DNA from: Planctomycetota bacterium
GTDB lineage: Bacteria > Planctomycetota > SZUA-567 > H5-PLA8
Direction: 5' to 3'
DNA length: 64,000 bases
NCBI GenBank assembly: GCA_026184295.1
Contig: JAHCJK010000001.1
Coordinates: 24,862 to 88,861, forward strand
Position 1 is the first letter of the stretch, and each line of letters opens with the position of its first letter. Of this stretch, positions 8,466 to 17,522 are shown one piece after another. A model generated the notes under the pieces. It made no database searches. It saw only the letters and a list, made by a program, of their open reading frames with translations, and was not told the DNA's origin. Position numbers and translations under genes: made by a program.

Positions 8466-10442
8466 ATGCCGAAGGCATCCCCCGCTGCGCCGCCGACCGT
8501 GAACGCCGCGATCGTCCGCAAGGACCCGCATCCCAAACGGCCGCCCGACCCCGCGGCGCTGGTGCCCTGGACGAACGCGGTCTGCCGGCGCCCGCACGTG
8601 CTGGCCACGCCCGAGGAACTGGACGAACTGCGCAGCCGCCTGGAACGCCCGGTCGAGGCCGAGATGCTCCGCCGCCTGCGCGAACGCGTCGAACTGGGGC
8701 GAACCAAGGACCGCCTGCCCAAAAAGGGCGAGACGATCGCCGACCGGACGTTCACCCAGTGGCAGGGGCCCGCCGCGCTGCTGTACGCGCTCACCGGCGA
8801 CCCGCAGGCGCTTGCCTTTGCCAGGGACGCCACGCTGGCCCTCGCGCGCGCCAACGCCGGCGACGCCTCGCACGATCTCTCCGCCGCGCAGGCGCTGGCC
8901 TCGCTGGCCTGGAGCTACGACCTGCTGCACGATCAGTGGTCGGGGGCCGAACGCCGCGAGATTCTCGATTTCGCGCGGGAGTTCGGAACCGGCTTCTTCT
9001 CGCTCACGGCCACGCCCGTCTGTTACTGGGCCGGCATCCTGCTCCAGAACCACTGCCACGTCGCCTGGACCGGCATCGGGCTGGCCGGGATGGGCTTTTA
9101 CGGCGAGATCGACCAGGCGGCCGAATGGGCGCGCTGGGCGCACCGAACGTATCGCACCATCGCCTGGCTCCAGCCGCCCGACGGCACCAATCTGGAAGGA
9201 CCGAGCTACGGGGCGTACGGCATCGAACGCCGTTTGATGTACTACGAGTCCGCGAAGCGCTGCATCGGCGAGGACCTGTACAACAAGGCCGACGCGCGCG
9301 CGGCGCAGTGGTTCCTGCACCAGACGCTGCCCGATCCCAAGCCCTTCCGCAACGCGCTGCGCTGGGGCGACACGCCCGAACACTTCGACTGGCACGGCCC
9401 CGCGCACAGCCTCTTCGCGCTGGCCAAACGCTTCAAGGACCCCGTGGCCCAGGCGCAGGCGCTGCGCTTCTGGCGGCGCAAGGTCGGCCTCGCCCGCAAC
9501 CTGCTCTTCCTCGACCTGCTCTACTACGATCCCAAGGTGCCGGAGGGGAACCTGGAGGAACAGCCGGGCTCGCGCCATTTCGAAGACCTCGACCTCGTCT
9601 GCGCGCGCTCCTCGTGGAAGGAAGACGCGACGGTCGTCTCGTTCCTCTGCGGTCCGTACCAGGGCCACCGCGTGATGCGCGTGGGCAGCGGCGACCTGGG
9701 CGGCGCGCACTGCCACGCCGACACGGCCTCGCTGCAGGCCTATTCGCGCGGCGAAGTGCTGCTCGCCGATCCCGGCTACGAACACTTCAAGCGCACCGAA
9801 CACCACAACACCGTGCTCGTGGACGGCCACGGGCAACTCGGCGAAGGCACCAAGTGGTTCAACGTGAATCGCGTGCTCCATTTCAACGGCACCGCGGAAG
9901 TGCTCGCGTACCGCGACGAACCCGCCGCCACCGCGTGGGTGGGCGAGGCCGCGCGCATCTATGTCCCCGAGGCCGGGCTGCTGCGCTTCCGCCGCCACGT
10001 CTACTACGCGCGCCCCGACCTGCTCGTCGTCTACGACGATCTGGAAGCGCAGGAACCGCGCGTCTTCACGCAGCTTTGGCACGCGGAATCGGCCTTCGCC
10101 GCGCAGCCGGACGGGCGCTGGGGCTTCGTGCAGGGCGGCGCGGCGCTGAGCCTGCGGGCGCTGGCGGTGGGCGGGCAGGACGGCGATTTGAAGGTGACCG
10201 CGCGCCACCAGGACCTGCCCGACATGAGCGAGCCCGGGCGCTCGCAGTACGAACTGCGCGTGGAGAGCCCGCGGGTGAAGGCCTGGCGCTTCGCCACGGC
10301 CATCGCCTTCGGCGACGCGGCCTCCGGCGTGCCCGGCCTTTCGGCGCACGCGAACGGCGCGGAAGTCTCGATTGAGAGCGGGCCCGGCGCGCCGCGCACG
10401 GTCCGCTTTGCGCTGGACGGAAGCGAAGCGCCGACGGCCTAG
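8466..10442 (+). CDS. Heparinase II/III-like polysaccharide lyase family protein (no signal peptide)
   Basis: C-terminal HHNTVLVDGHGQ motif characteristic of heparinase II/III-like proteins. N-terminal alginate-lyase-like helical region rich in W/A. About 660 aa, as expected for the family. Confidence 0.6.
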   Translation: MPKASPAAPPTVNAAIVRKDPHPKRPPDPAALVPWTNAVCRRPHVLATPEELDELRSRLERPVEAEMLRRLRERVELGRTKDRLPKKGETIADRTFTQWQGPAALLYALTGDPQALAFARDATLALARANAGDASHDLSAAQALASLAWSYDLLHDQWSGAERREILDFAREFGTGFFSLTATPVCYWAGILLQNHCHVAWTGIGLAGMGFYGEIDQAAEWARWAHRTYRTIAWLQPPDGTNLEGPSYGAYGIERRLMYYESAKRCIGEDLYNKADARAAQWFLHQTLPDPKPFRNALRWGDTPEHFDWHGPAHSLFALAKRFKDPVAQAQALRFWRRKVGLARNLLFLDLLYYDPKVPEGNLEEQPGSRHFEDLDLVCARSSWKEDATVVSFLCGPYQGHRVMRVGSGDLGGAHCHADTASLQAYSRGEVLLADPGYEHFKRTEHHNTVLVDGHGQLGEGTKWFNVNRVLHFNGTAEVLAYRDEPAATAWVGEAARIYVPEAGLLRFRRHVYYARPDLLVVYDDLEAQEPRVFTQLWHAESAFAAQPDGRWGFVQGGAALSLRALAVGGQDGDLKVTARHQDLPDMSEPGRSQYELRVESPRVKAWRFATAIAFGDAASGVPGLSAHANGAEVSIESGPGAPRTVRFALDGSEAPTA

Positions 10443-11161
10443 GGCGCTTCGTCTTCTCGGCGCTGCGGCATGAAGATCTGCGGGTTCGCCTGAAAGACGT
10501 CCATGCAGGACGGACAGCAGAAGTGGAACTCCTCGTTGGCCAGGTAGAGCGTGTATTCGCCCTTGCCTTCGTTGTGGCGCAGGACGGGGCAGGGGTGGAA
10601 CTGCGCGACGACCGGCTTGTCGGCCGCCTTTTTCACGATCGCCGACACGTACGGGTCGTACTCCGGCCCGGGCCGCGTCACCAGCCGCCCGCGCGCCTTG
10701 CCCGGCACGCGCCCGCTGTACGGGTCGGCCTGCTGCATGAACTCGCAGTGGAACTCGCGCGTGACCGGGTTGTACTGGAAGACGCAGGCCGCGTGGTAGA
10801 ACTCGTGTTCTTCCTGGTGCGTCGCGTTGCGGAAGGCGATGTAGATCGTCTCGTTGTTCACCGTTCCCACGCCGGCGACCAGCGGCCAGGCCTTCGTGTA
10901 GGTCGCCTTGAGAAACCAGGCGCTCCCGTAGACCAGGTTTTCGTGCCGGTAAAAGACGAGCCCGCCCTCGTGCGGCATCGGCGTGTCGCCGGCCATCTCC
11001 GTCCAGGCCACGCAGACGGGACCCCGCGCGAGCAGTTCCGTCAGGCCCGGAGGTTCGGCGGAGACCGCCGGCACGGGGGCCGGTTCCGGGGCGTTGCCCA
11101 GCGCGGCGAGCACGGCCAGGCCGAGCAGGATTCCGAAGAGCGGCGCGATCAGGGCTTTCAT
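10439..11161 (-). CDS. Secreted protein with C-terminal YHS/TRASH-like metal-binding motif
   Basis: Signal peptide MKALIAPLFGILLGLAVLAALG. C-terminal FHFCCPSCMDVFQANPQIF matches the YHS consensus YYFCS..C...F..NP..Y. Confidence 0.55.
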   Translation of the reverse strand: MKALIAPLFGILLGLAVLAALGNAPEPAPVPAVSAEPPGLTELLARGPVCVAWTEMAGDTPMPHEGGLVFYRHENLVYGSAWFLKATYTKAWPLVAGVGTVNNETIYIAFRNATHQEEHEFYHAACVFQYNPVTREFHCEFMQQADPYSGRVPGKARGRLVTRPGPEYDPYVSAIVKKAADKPVVAQFHPCPVLRHNEGKGEYTLYLANEEFHFCCPSCMDVFQANPQIFMPQRREDEAP

Positions 11162-11269
11162 GGGCGAGTGGCTCGAAGCGGTGGTTTCGGGCTATTCTCG
11201 CGTTTTTCAGGATCGATCAAGCGCCGAATCCGGGTACGCTGCGTTGATTCGAAACTGATCGGACACCGC

Positions 11270-12406
11270 ATGCCGCGCCCCGACCACCTCTACCGCAAGA
11301 TGCTCGACGAACTGCGCCGCCAGGTCACGGGCTCGTTCGCGGGCGGCGAGACGCTGCCGTCGCAGCGCGTGCTCGCGTACATGCACGGGGCGGGGCAGGC
11401 CACGATCCACCGCGCGCTCACGCAGCTCGCGAAGGAAGGCCTGGTCGAAGCGCGCCCGCGCCTGGGCTGGGTGCGCGTGGGCGAACGGCCCACGGCGCGT
11501 TCGCGGCTGAAGTCCATCGGCATCGTCACGCGGCGCAACCAGCGCGAAGTGGCCTCCAAGGGCAACCCGCTCTACGCCGGCCTGGCCGACGAGGCCGCGC
11601 GTCGCGGCTTCGCGACGGCCTTCCACACCAATCCCAAGCAGCACCATCCCACGCCCGGGCGCAACCGCGTCGAACTCAGCCGCGTCGCGTGGAACAGCTT
11701 CGACGTCGCGCTGCTCGTGGAACTCGAAGACGCCGTCACGCTCGCCGATCCGCTCCTGCGCGCCCACCCGGTGCTCAGCGTGGACCTCGACGCGACCGTC
11801 TACGGGCATTCCAGCGTCACCTTCGACGACGTGGCCGCCGGGCGCCTGGCCGCGCGGCACTTCTTCGAACTCGGGCACCGCCGCTTTTCGGTGGTGGACG
11901 AAGTGAACCAGGCCGGCTGGCCCGCGGAGGCCACGTGGATGGTCCGGCGGCAGGCCTTCGAAGCCGAAGTCGGCCGGCTGGGCGGCGCGATCCACCCGCT
12001 CTGGCGCATCCCCAACGGCCGCCACGGCAGGAACGAAGGGCAGGCCGCCGCCGCCGTAAAACGCTGGATGGACTTTCCCGCCGCGCAGCGTCCGACCGCG
12101 CTCTTTGCCGTGGACCTGGGCCCGGTGCCGGCGGTGATCCAGGAACTGGAAGCGCGCGGCCTGCGCGTGCCGCGCGACCTTTCGATCATGACCGTGCAGT
12201 GGAACGACTCCGTGGCCGCGCCCGCGCCGAACCGGCGCTTCACCCGCGTGGAACTCGACCCGCACGACCTCGTCCGCCGCGCGCTCGACGCCGCCGAGGA
12301 CGTGCTGGCGCGCTCGGCCAAAGCCGCGCCGGTGCCCGAGGCGAAGCTCTACACCGCGCCGGTGGTGCTGGCCGAAGGCGTGACCACCGCGCCCGCGCCG
12401 TCCTGA
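11270..12406 (+). CDS. GntR-HTH / sugar-binding-domain transcriptional regulator
   Basis: Starts MPRPDHLYRKMLDELRRQ. HTH region ETLPSQRVLAYMHGAGQATIHRALTQLAKEGLVEARPRLGWVRV followed by a PBP-like domain. The 5' part of ORF-track entry 10523..12406 is a shadow ORF. Confidence 0.7.
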   Translation: MPRPDHLYRKMLDELRRQVTGSFAGGETLPSQRVLAYMHGAGQATIHRALTQLAKEGLVEARPRLGWVRVGERPTARSRLKSIGIVTRRNQREVASKGNPLYAGLADEAARRGFATAFHTNPKQHHPTPGRNRVELSRVAWNSFDVALLVELEDAVTLADPLLRAHPVLSVDLDATVYGHSSVTFDDVAAGRLAARHFFELGHRRFSVVDEVNQAGWPAEATWMVRRQAFEAEVGRLGGAIHPLWRIPNGRHGRNEGQAAAAVKRWMDFPAAQRPTALFAVDLGPVPAVIQELEARGLRVPRDLSIMTVQWNDSVAAPAPNRRFTRVELDPHDLVRRALDAAEDVLARSAKAAPVPEAKLYTAPVVLAEGVTTAPAPS

Positions 12407-12498
12407 CGCGCGCCCGCGGCGACTGTCCCGGTTTTCACGCTTGGAGCCCGCCGCGCAACCCGCTACCCTGACGAGCACTTGGCCCCAGGAAACCTCGC

Positions 12499-13380
12499 AT
12501 GATACGCCGCCTGCTCCGTGCCGGAATCGCGTTGCCTCTTTTGTGGCTGCTGGCCTCGGCGGCCGCGGGCGAAGGCGAAGCCAAGTCCGTGGTGCGCGAG
12601 TACAAACTCAGCATCGTCTCCACGACCACGCTGGCGTCCGCCGAGACCGAAAAGAAATCGGAGGCCGACACGGACCTCGTCTTTCACACGGTCCAGACGG
12701 GGAACAAGGTGGCGTACGGATGCCGTTCGCTTTTCGTCCGGACGCGCATGGACGGGCAGGAGATTCAGTACGCCGACATGGCCGAAGAGAAATATATCGT
12801 AAAGGATCGCGACGGAAACACGGTCGAAACCGATATCAAGTCCGCGCCCGCCGAATTGAAGGAGATGCTCAAGGACTATTTTACGACACCGATTGCGACG
12901 CTGACCGTCGATGCTCAGGGCAAAGAGACCGCGCGCGAAGTCAGCGACAAGCCCAACCTCAAGCCGCTGATCCACAACGGCATGTTCGCCAATATGTGCC
13001 TGTTCGTGTCGTCGTACGGGTCCGAGCCCACCTGGAAGGAAGCGAAGGAGATGAGCCTCGGCAAGGGCGGCTTCGCGAAGGGCGAATTCACCTTTACCAA
13101 GGTCGCCGCGGGCAAGGACAACGCGCATCCCGGGCGCGTGGACGTGAAGGTGCAGGGCGCGCTCGCCGCGGATGTCTACAAATTGGCCAACGGGACCAGC
13201 ATCCACAAGGCCAGGTTCGAGATTGCCGGCATGCAGACCTGGGACGCCGAACTGCGCTGCTGGATCGCCGGCGACCTGGGCGTGCGCGTCGAATACGAAG
13301 TCCACGAAGGCGATAAGACGCTCTTCACCGCCAGCGGCAAGGTGATCGCCAGCCTGGCGCTGACCCGCCCCAAACCGTAG
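12499..13380 (+). CDS. Secreted hypothetical protein
   Basis: Signal peptide MIRRLLRAGIALPLLWLLASAAAG. Non-degenerate composition. Confidence 0.5.
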   Translation: MIRRLLRAGIALPLLWLLASAAAGEGEAKSVVREYKLSIVSTTTLASAETEKKSEADTDLVFHTVQTGNKVAYGCRSLFVRTRMDGQEIQYADMAEEKYIVKDRDGNTVETDIKSAPAELKEMLKDYFTTPIATLTVDAQGKETAREVSDKPNLKPLIHNGMFANMCLFVSSYGSEPTWKEAKEMSLGKGGFAKGEFTFTKVAAGKDNAHPGRVDVKVQGALAADVYKLANGTSIHKARFEIAGMQTWDAELRCWIAGDLGVRVEYEVHEGDKTLFTASGKVIASLALTRPKP

Positions 13381-13449
13381 GCCTCCGCCGCGCGTTTTTT
13401 TGAAGGTCCCGCCTCGGCGCGGCGTTGCTCCTATAGAGGGAGCCTCGCC

Positions 13450-14013
13450 ATGCGCACGAGCCAAGGAATCTTTCACGCCGCGATGCTGGCGCTTTCGACC
13501 ATGATGCTGCCCGACGGGGCCGGCGCGGACGACGACGCCATGTCCGGCGCGCGCGCCGAAGTCTCCGGCGTGGATATGGACGACACCGACGAGGGCGAAT
13601 CCATGGCCACCGATCCGCTCGATCCGGTCCTCGATTCCTGCCGCAGGCAGCGCAGGCTCTTCAAGCAGCGCTGGCGCGAGGCGCTCGGCGCGTGGGCCCC
13701 CGGCCGCGTGGACGACCTGCGTCAGCGCGCGATCAACTATTTCTGCGTGCTGGTGCTGCTGGACGCGGACGCGAACCCGCTGACGCAGTACGCGCGAAAG
13801 GAAGTCCTGAACCGCCTCTGCCGCGAAGTGCCCGGCGAAGAGATCGTCGCCGCGATGACCAAGCTGGAACTCGAACCCGGCGAATGCGCGGTGCTCACCA
13901 GCGCCCCGGAACTGGGCCTGCCCGAGGCCTGCGCCGAAGCCGAGGTGCGCCGCCGCTGCTCGAAGATGGTCCGCGAGTTCCTCTACAGCCTGACCTCGGA
14001 TTGCGCGATCTAG
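13450..14013 (+). CDS. Hypothetical acidic protein with N-terminal hydrophobic segment
   Basis: ORF with hydrophobic N-terminus. No family recognised. Confidence 0.4.
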   Translation: MRTSQGIFHAAMLALSTMMLPDGAGADDDAMSGARAEVSGVDMDDTDEGESMATDPLDPVLDSCRRQRRLFKQRWREALGAWAPGRVDDLRQRAINYFCVLVLLDADANPLTQYARKEVLNRLCREVPGEEIVAAMTKLELEPGECAVLTSAPELGLPEACAEAEVRRRCSKMVREFLYSLTSDCAI

Positions 14014-14025
14014 GCGCTTTTATGC

Positions 14026-14238
14026 TCACGCAAAGCCGCCAAGACGCTAAGAACTGCTAAGAACAACAAGAACAGCAGAAACGGCCATTATCCACGAAGG
14101 ACACGAAGGCACACGAAGAACTGCATTGCAGTCCGTTCTTCGTGTTACTTCGTGTCCTTCGTGGATGCATCCGTTCGGCCGTTCTGGTAGTTCTTGCCGT
14201 TCTTGGCAGTTCTTAGCGTCTTGGCGGCTTTGCGTGAG
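14026..14238. repeat. About 213-bp near-perfect inverted repeat (about 100-nt arms) filling the convergent intergenic region
   Basis: Left arm ctcacgcaaagccgccaagacgctaagaactgctaagaac... Right arm ...gttcttggcagttcttagcgtcttggcggctttgcgtgag is its near-exact reverse complement. Centre near 14132. Confidence 0.8.
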
Positions 14239-14256
14239 AATAGAAAGCCCAGGAGC

Positions 14257-16221
14257 CTACTTCGCCGAGTACTCCACGTACACGCACTCGGTCTTCTCGC
14301 CGGTCTTCAGGGTCCAGGTGGCGTCGGGCTGCCCGGGGGTGCCGGGGTACGAATGGCTCTCGGTCTTCAGGTCGCCGCCGTTTTCCTTCCAGGCAAAGGT
14401 CACGTCCACGGGCCCGTTCTTCTCGACCTGGTAGACGAGATGCGCTTCGGCGCGCACGATCGGCTTGTTGGCGCTGTTGCTGAAGCGCACGCGCACCGGG
14501 CCGGTGGCGTCGGCGATTTCCACGTCGCCGTAGCACATGCTCTGGCTCCAGAAGTCCGGCGCCTCGACGCCACGGCGCAGAATCTTCCAGTCCTTCACCA
14601 CCGGCTTCCATTCCTTCCCGCCGTCGGTGGAGTACTCGATCTGATACAGCACCTTGTCGGAGGGCGGGCTGCCGGAGGCCACGTGCGCCATGGCGTAAAT
14701 GCGCACGGCCTTTTCCTTGCGGGGCGTGGCGAGTTCCAGCGTCACCGTCGGCGTCCCAAACTTGCCGTCGACGATGCTCGGGGAAGCCTGCGTCACGTTG
14801 GGCCCGGCCGAGACCACCGCCTGCCCGCTCGCTTCGAACGTGATCTTGTTCTCGCCGTCCTTCAGGCGCGGGATCACCGTCTGCGCGCACTGGCAGACCG
14901 TGCGGATCGTCAGGCCCGCGTCGGCCAGGCTCGCGGGCGCGGCCTCGAAGCGCAGCCAGTACTGGTGCGAACCCTTGACGAGATCGGTCAGGTCCAGCGC
15001 CTCGCCGCCGGAACCCGAGGGCGCGTCCTTCCAGGTCGCGCCGCGGTCCACGGAGACCTTGACGGGGCAGGTGACCTTGCCCTTCACGACCAGGCCGTTC
15101 TTGCCGCCGTCTTCGTAGACGCGCAGCTTGCCGGTCTTGGTCTCGTTCTCCATCACGGCGGGCGTGCAGCCGATCACGTACGGCGACTGGAACTCGAACG
15201 TCACCTGCTTCTCGTCTTCGCTCACCACGCCTTCTTTGTAGCTGCCGCTCTTGAAGTCGGGGACGTACGTGTAGACCGCGTTGCCGTAGCGCACCTGCCC
15301 GGGAATCCAGCGCGAGCCCGTCTTGCTCTGGTACATCTTTTCCGGCTGGTTCACCCACGTGCGGCTGCGTTCGGGCCCGGGGATTTCGGCCGCGTCCTTC
15401 GCGCCCTTGCACATGTAATTCATGCCCCAGAAGACGAACGTCTTGCCGTCCTCCAGGCCGGGATTGATGTAGCGCCGCAGCGTCTCGCCCGTGCGCAGGC
15501 TCACCATCGGCGGCGGCCCGTAATAGCCGAACTCGTAGCTCACGTTCTTGAAGTCGTCGTACGCCTGCGGGTCCTTGTCGTGCAGGCCGCCGACTTTCCA
15601 GCCGCGCTGGCGTTCGGGCTTGAAGCCCGCGTTGGTGTACTTGTCGAACTCCGCGTCGATCTCCTTGATCGAGAGCAGTTCGGAGCCGTCCTCCTTGAAG
15701 ATCACCGTCGAGATGTCGTGGTCGAGCAGCACCCACTTGCCTTCGCCGTACGGCCCGCCCGTCAGGTAGACTTCGAAGCTGGTGTGCCCGGGCACGCCCA
15801 CCGCGCGGGCGCGGCAGTGGCCGAGCAGCTTTTCCATCTCGCCGCACCACTGCGCGTGCGTGGTAAAGCAGAGGCTGAAGCCGTAGCCGAAATGCCCGCG
15901 CCAGAACTCGCGGTTGTTGTCGGTCTTCCCGAAGCCGGTGCCGAAGTAATCGCACTTGGCGTCGTCGGCGTGCGCGTGGTTGAGGTTGCGCCAGAACCAC
16001 GCCGCGAGCGCCTTGTCCTCGTCGGTCTTGACGTCCTTGCCGGTCACCCGCTTGTAGAGGTCCGCTTCGGTCTTGAAAAGGCGCTCGAAGGTGGAGCAGG
16101 AGAGTTCCCCCGGGTACCAGGGGTGGTCGCTCTTGACCTGCGGGTCGCCGCTGGCCGCCATGGCCACTCCGGAAATGGCTAACACCCAAAAAGCCATCAG
16201 TTTATGCGATGAACCAAGCAT
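14257..16221 (-). CDS. Secreted 654-aa hypothetical protein with possible Cys-His-Asp (transglutaminase-like) core
   Basis: Signal peptide (MAFWVLAISGVAMAASG). Candidate catalytic motifs GFSLCFTTHAQW, VPGHTSFEVY, LLDHD. The overlapping ORFs 14213..16189(-) and 14194..16182(+) are shadow frames. Confidence 0.6.
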   Translation of the reverse strand: MLGSSHKLMAFWVLAISGVAMAASGDPQVKSDHPWYPGELSCSTFERLFKTEADLYKRVTGKDVKTDEDKALAAWFWRNLNHAHADDAKCDYFGTGFGKTDNNREFWRGHFGYGFSLCFTTHAQWCGEMEKLLGHCRARAVGVPGHTSFEVYLTGGPYGEGKWVLLDHDISTVIFKEDGSELLSIKEIDAEFDKYTNAGFKPERQRGWKVGGLHDKDPQAYDDFKNVSYEFGYYGPPPMVSLRTGETLRRYINPGLEDGKTFVFWGMNYMCKGAKDAAEIPGPERSRTWVNQPEKMYQSKTGSRWIPGQVRYGNAVYTYVPDFKSGSYKEGVVSEDEKQVTFEFQSPYVIGCTPAVMENETKTGKLRVYEDGGKNGLVVKGKVTCPVKVSVDRGATWKDAPSGSGGEALDLTDLVKGSHQYWLRFEAAPASLADAGLTIRTVCQCAQTVIPRLKDGENKITFEASGQAVVSAGPNVTQASPSIVDGKFGTPTVTLELATPRKEKAVRIYAMAHVASGSPPSDKVLYQIEYSTDGGKEWKPVVKDWKILRRGVEAPDFWSQSMCYGDVEIADATGPVRVRFSNSANKPIVRAEAHLVYQVEKNGPVDVTFAWKENGGDLKTESHSYPGTPGQPDATWTLKTGEKTECVYVEYSAK

Positions 16222-16313
16222 GGAAAAGCTCCCCAGAGTTTACCTGTATAGACGACCATCACCCTTGGAAGAGTACACCGCCGAGGGGGCCTTTCGGACA
16301 CAAACTCTTCGAT

Positions 16314-17522
16314 TTACGGGGCTTGGTGGCGTGGCCGCCGGAGCGCCGAGGCCGGCTGGCCCGTCACCTTCTTAAAGGTTGCGGAGAACTGCACCAGGCC
16401 CCCGAAGCCCGTCCGCCGCGCGATCTCGCCCAGGGCCAGGTCGGTCTCGAGAATCAGGCGCCGCGCGCGCTCGATGCGCACGCGCTGAATCTCCTGGAGC
16501 GGGCTGCGCCCAAGCGTTTGGCGGAACTTCACTTCCAGCGCGCGCCGCGAGACCGGGACCGCGCGGAGGATTTCCTTCACCGCCAGCGGCCGGTCGCAGC
16601 GTTCGTTGATGAAGCGCACGGCTGCCGCGAGGTCCGGGTCCTCGATGGCGAGCACGTCCGTCGATTGGCGCGTCACCACGCCTTTGGGCGCGAGCAGCAG
16701 CGGAGCCTTGGGCGCGCATTCTCCGTGCAGCAATCGGTCGAGCAACCCCGCGGCCTCGTAGCCGATCTCGCGCCCCGGCCCCGCGATGCTCGAAAGCGGC
16801 GGATGCGCCAGCGTGCACTGGAACTCGTCGTTGTCCACGCCCAGCAGCGCCAGGTCTTCCGGCACGCGCAGCCCGGCGCTCGCGCAGACTTCCGCGACCG
16901 ACCAGCTCACGCCGTCCGTCGCGCAGAAGACCGCCGCGGGCCGGGGGAGGCCTTTCAGAAAAGTAAGCAGCGAGGCGCCTGGGTCGTCGGCGAATAGGAC
17001 CTCGCGACCTGCCGCGCGCAATGCCCGCGCATACGCCGCAAGGCGTTCGTCCGAATACGGCACCCCGCGGTGCCCGACAAACGCGAAGGTGCGGTAGCCC
17101 TTGTCCAGAAAGTGGCGCGCCGCCGCTTCGCCGATCAAATCCTCGCGCGCGCCGACCCTGGGGAGTCGCGCCTCGCGTACGTGATAGCTCACGTTCACCG
17201 CCGGCCGCCCCCAGCGCCGCAGCAGCGCGGCGGTCTCGGCGTTGGGCACCGGCATCAGCGCCGCATCGGGCCGCCAGCCGCGCAGCAGGCTCTGCGCCGA
17301 AGCCAACGTCGGCTGCGCCATCCGAAAGTCCCACGGCCGCCGCGCCTTCGCGTAGTCCATCACCCCGCGCAGCAGATCGCGGTAGTAGCCCCAGGACATG
17401 TCGAGCAACAGCGCTACGCGGATCGGCTCCGCGCCCGCCGCCGCTCCTTGGTTACGCGTCCGCGTGCGCGAACGCCTCTGCGGCCGCGTTTGCGTGCGCG
17501 CATCCCGTCGTCTGTTCGCCAT
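16314..17522 (-). CDS. XylR-like regulator: periplasmic-binding-like sensor domain plus C-terminal AraC-type HTH
   Basis: C-terminal AraC HTH (LAVKEILRAVPVSRRALEVKFRQTLGRSPLQEIQRVRIERARRLILETDLALGEIARRTGFG). Sugar-binding-like domain upstream. Start chosen at MANRRRD. Confidence 0.7.
   Translation of the reverse strand: MANRRRDARTQTRPQRRSRTRTRNQGAAAGAEPIRVALLLDMSWGYYRDLLRGVMDYAKARRPWDFRMAQPTLASAQSLLRGWRPDAALMPVPNAETAALLRRWGRPAVNVSYHVREARLPRVGAREDLIGEAAARHFLDKGYRTFAFVGHRGVPYSDERLAAYARALRAAGREVLFADDPGASLLTFLKGLPRPAAVFCATDGVSWSVAEVCASAGLRVPEDLALLGVDNDEFQCTLAHPPLSSIAGPGREIGYEAAGLLDRLLHGECAPKAPLLLAPKGVVTRQSTDVLAIEDPDLAAAVRFINERCDRPLAVKEILRAVPVSRRALEVKFRQTLGRSPLQEIQRVRIERARRLILETDLALGEIARRTGFGGLVQFSATFKKVTGQPASALRRPRHQAP

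Noticed and set aside
6425-8854. 809-aa ORF on the minus strand (and similar long Arg/Gly/Ala/Val-rich ORFs such as 8388..10349(-), 14213..16189(-), 14194..16182(+), 19085..20458(+), 20494..21918(+), 26577..28055(+), 28247..30118(-))
   Set aside because: These are shadow ORFs, typical of 68%-GC DNA opposite real genes. Composition is dominated by R/G/A/V/D/H with low complexity and no family motifs. Each overlaps a gene that has clear family signatures or signal peptides.
13381-13449. Possible intrinsic terminator after gene 12499..13380 (gccgcgcg followed by T7)
   Set aside because: The T-run would lie in the loop rather than after the stem (stem gccgcgc / gcgcggc spans it), so a canonical rho-independent terminator is not well supported. 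Left uncalled.
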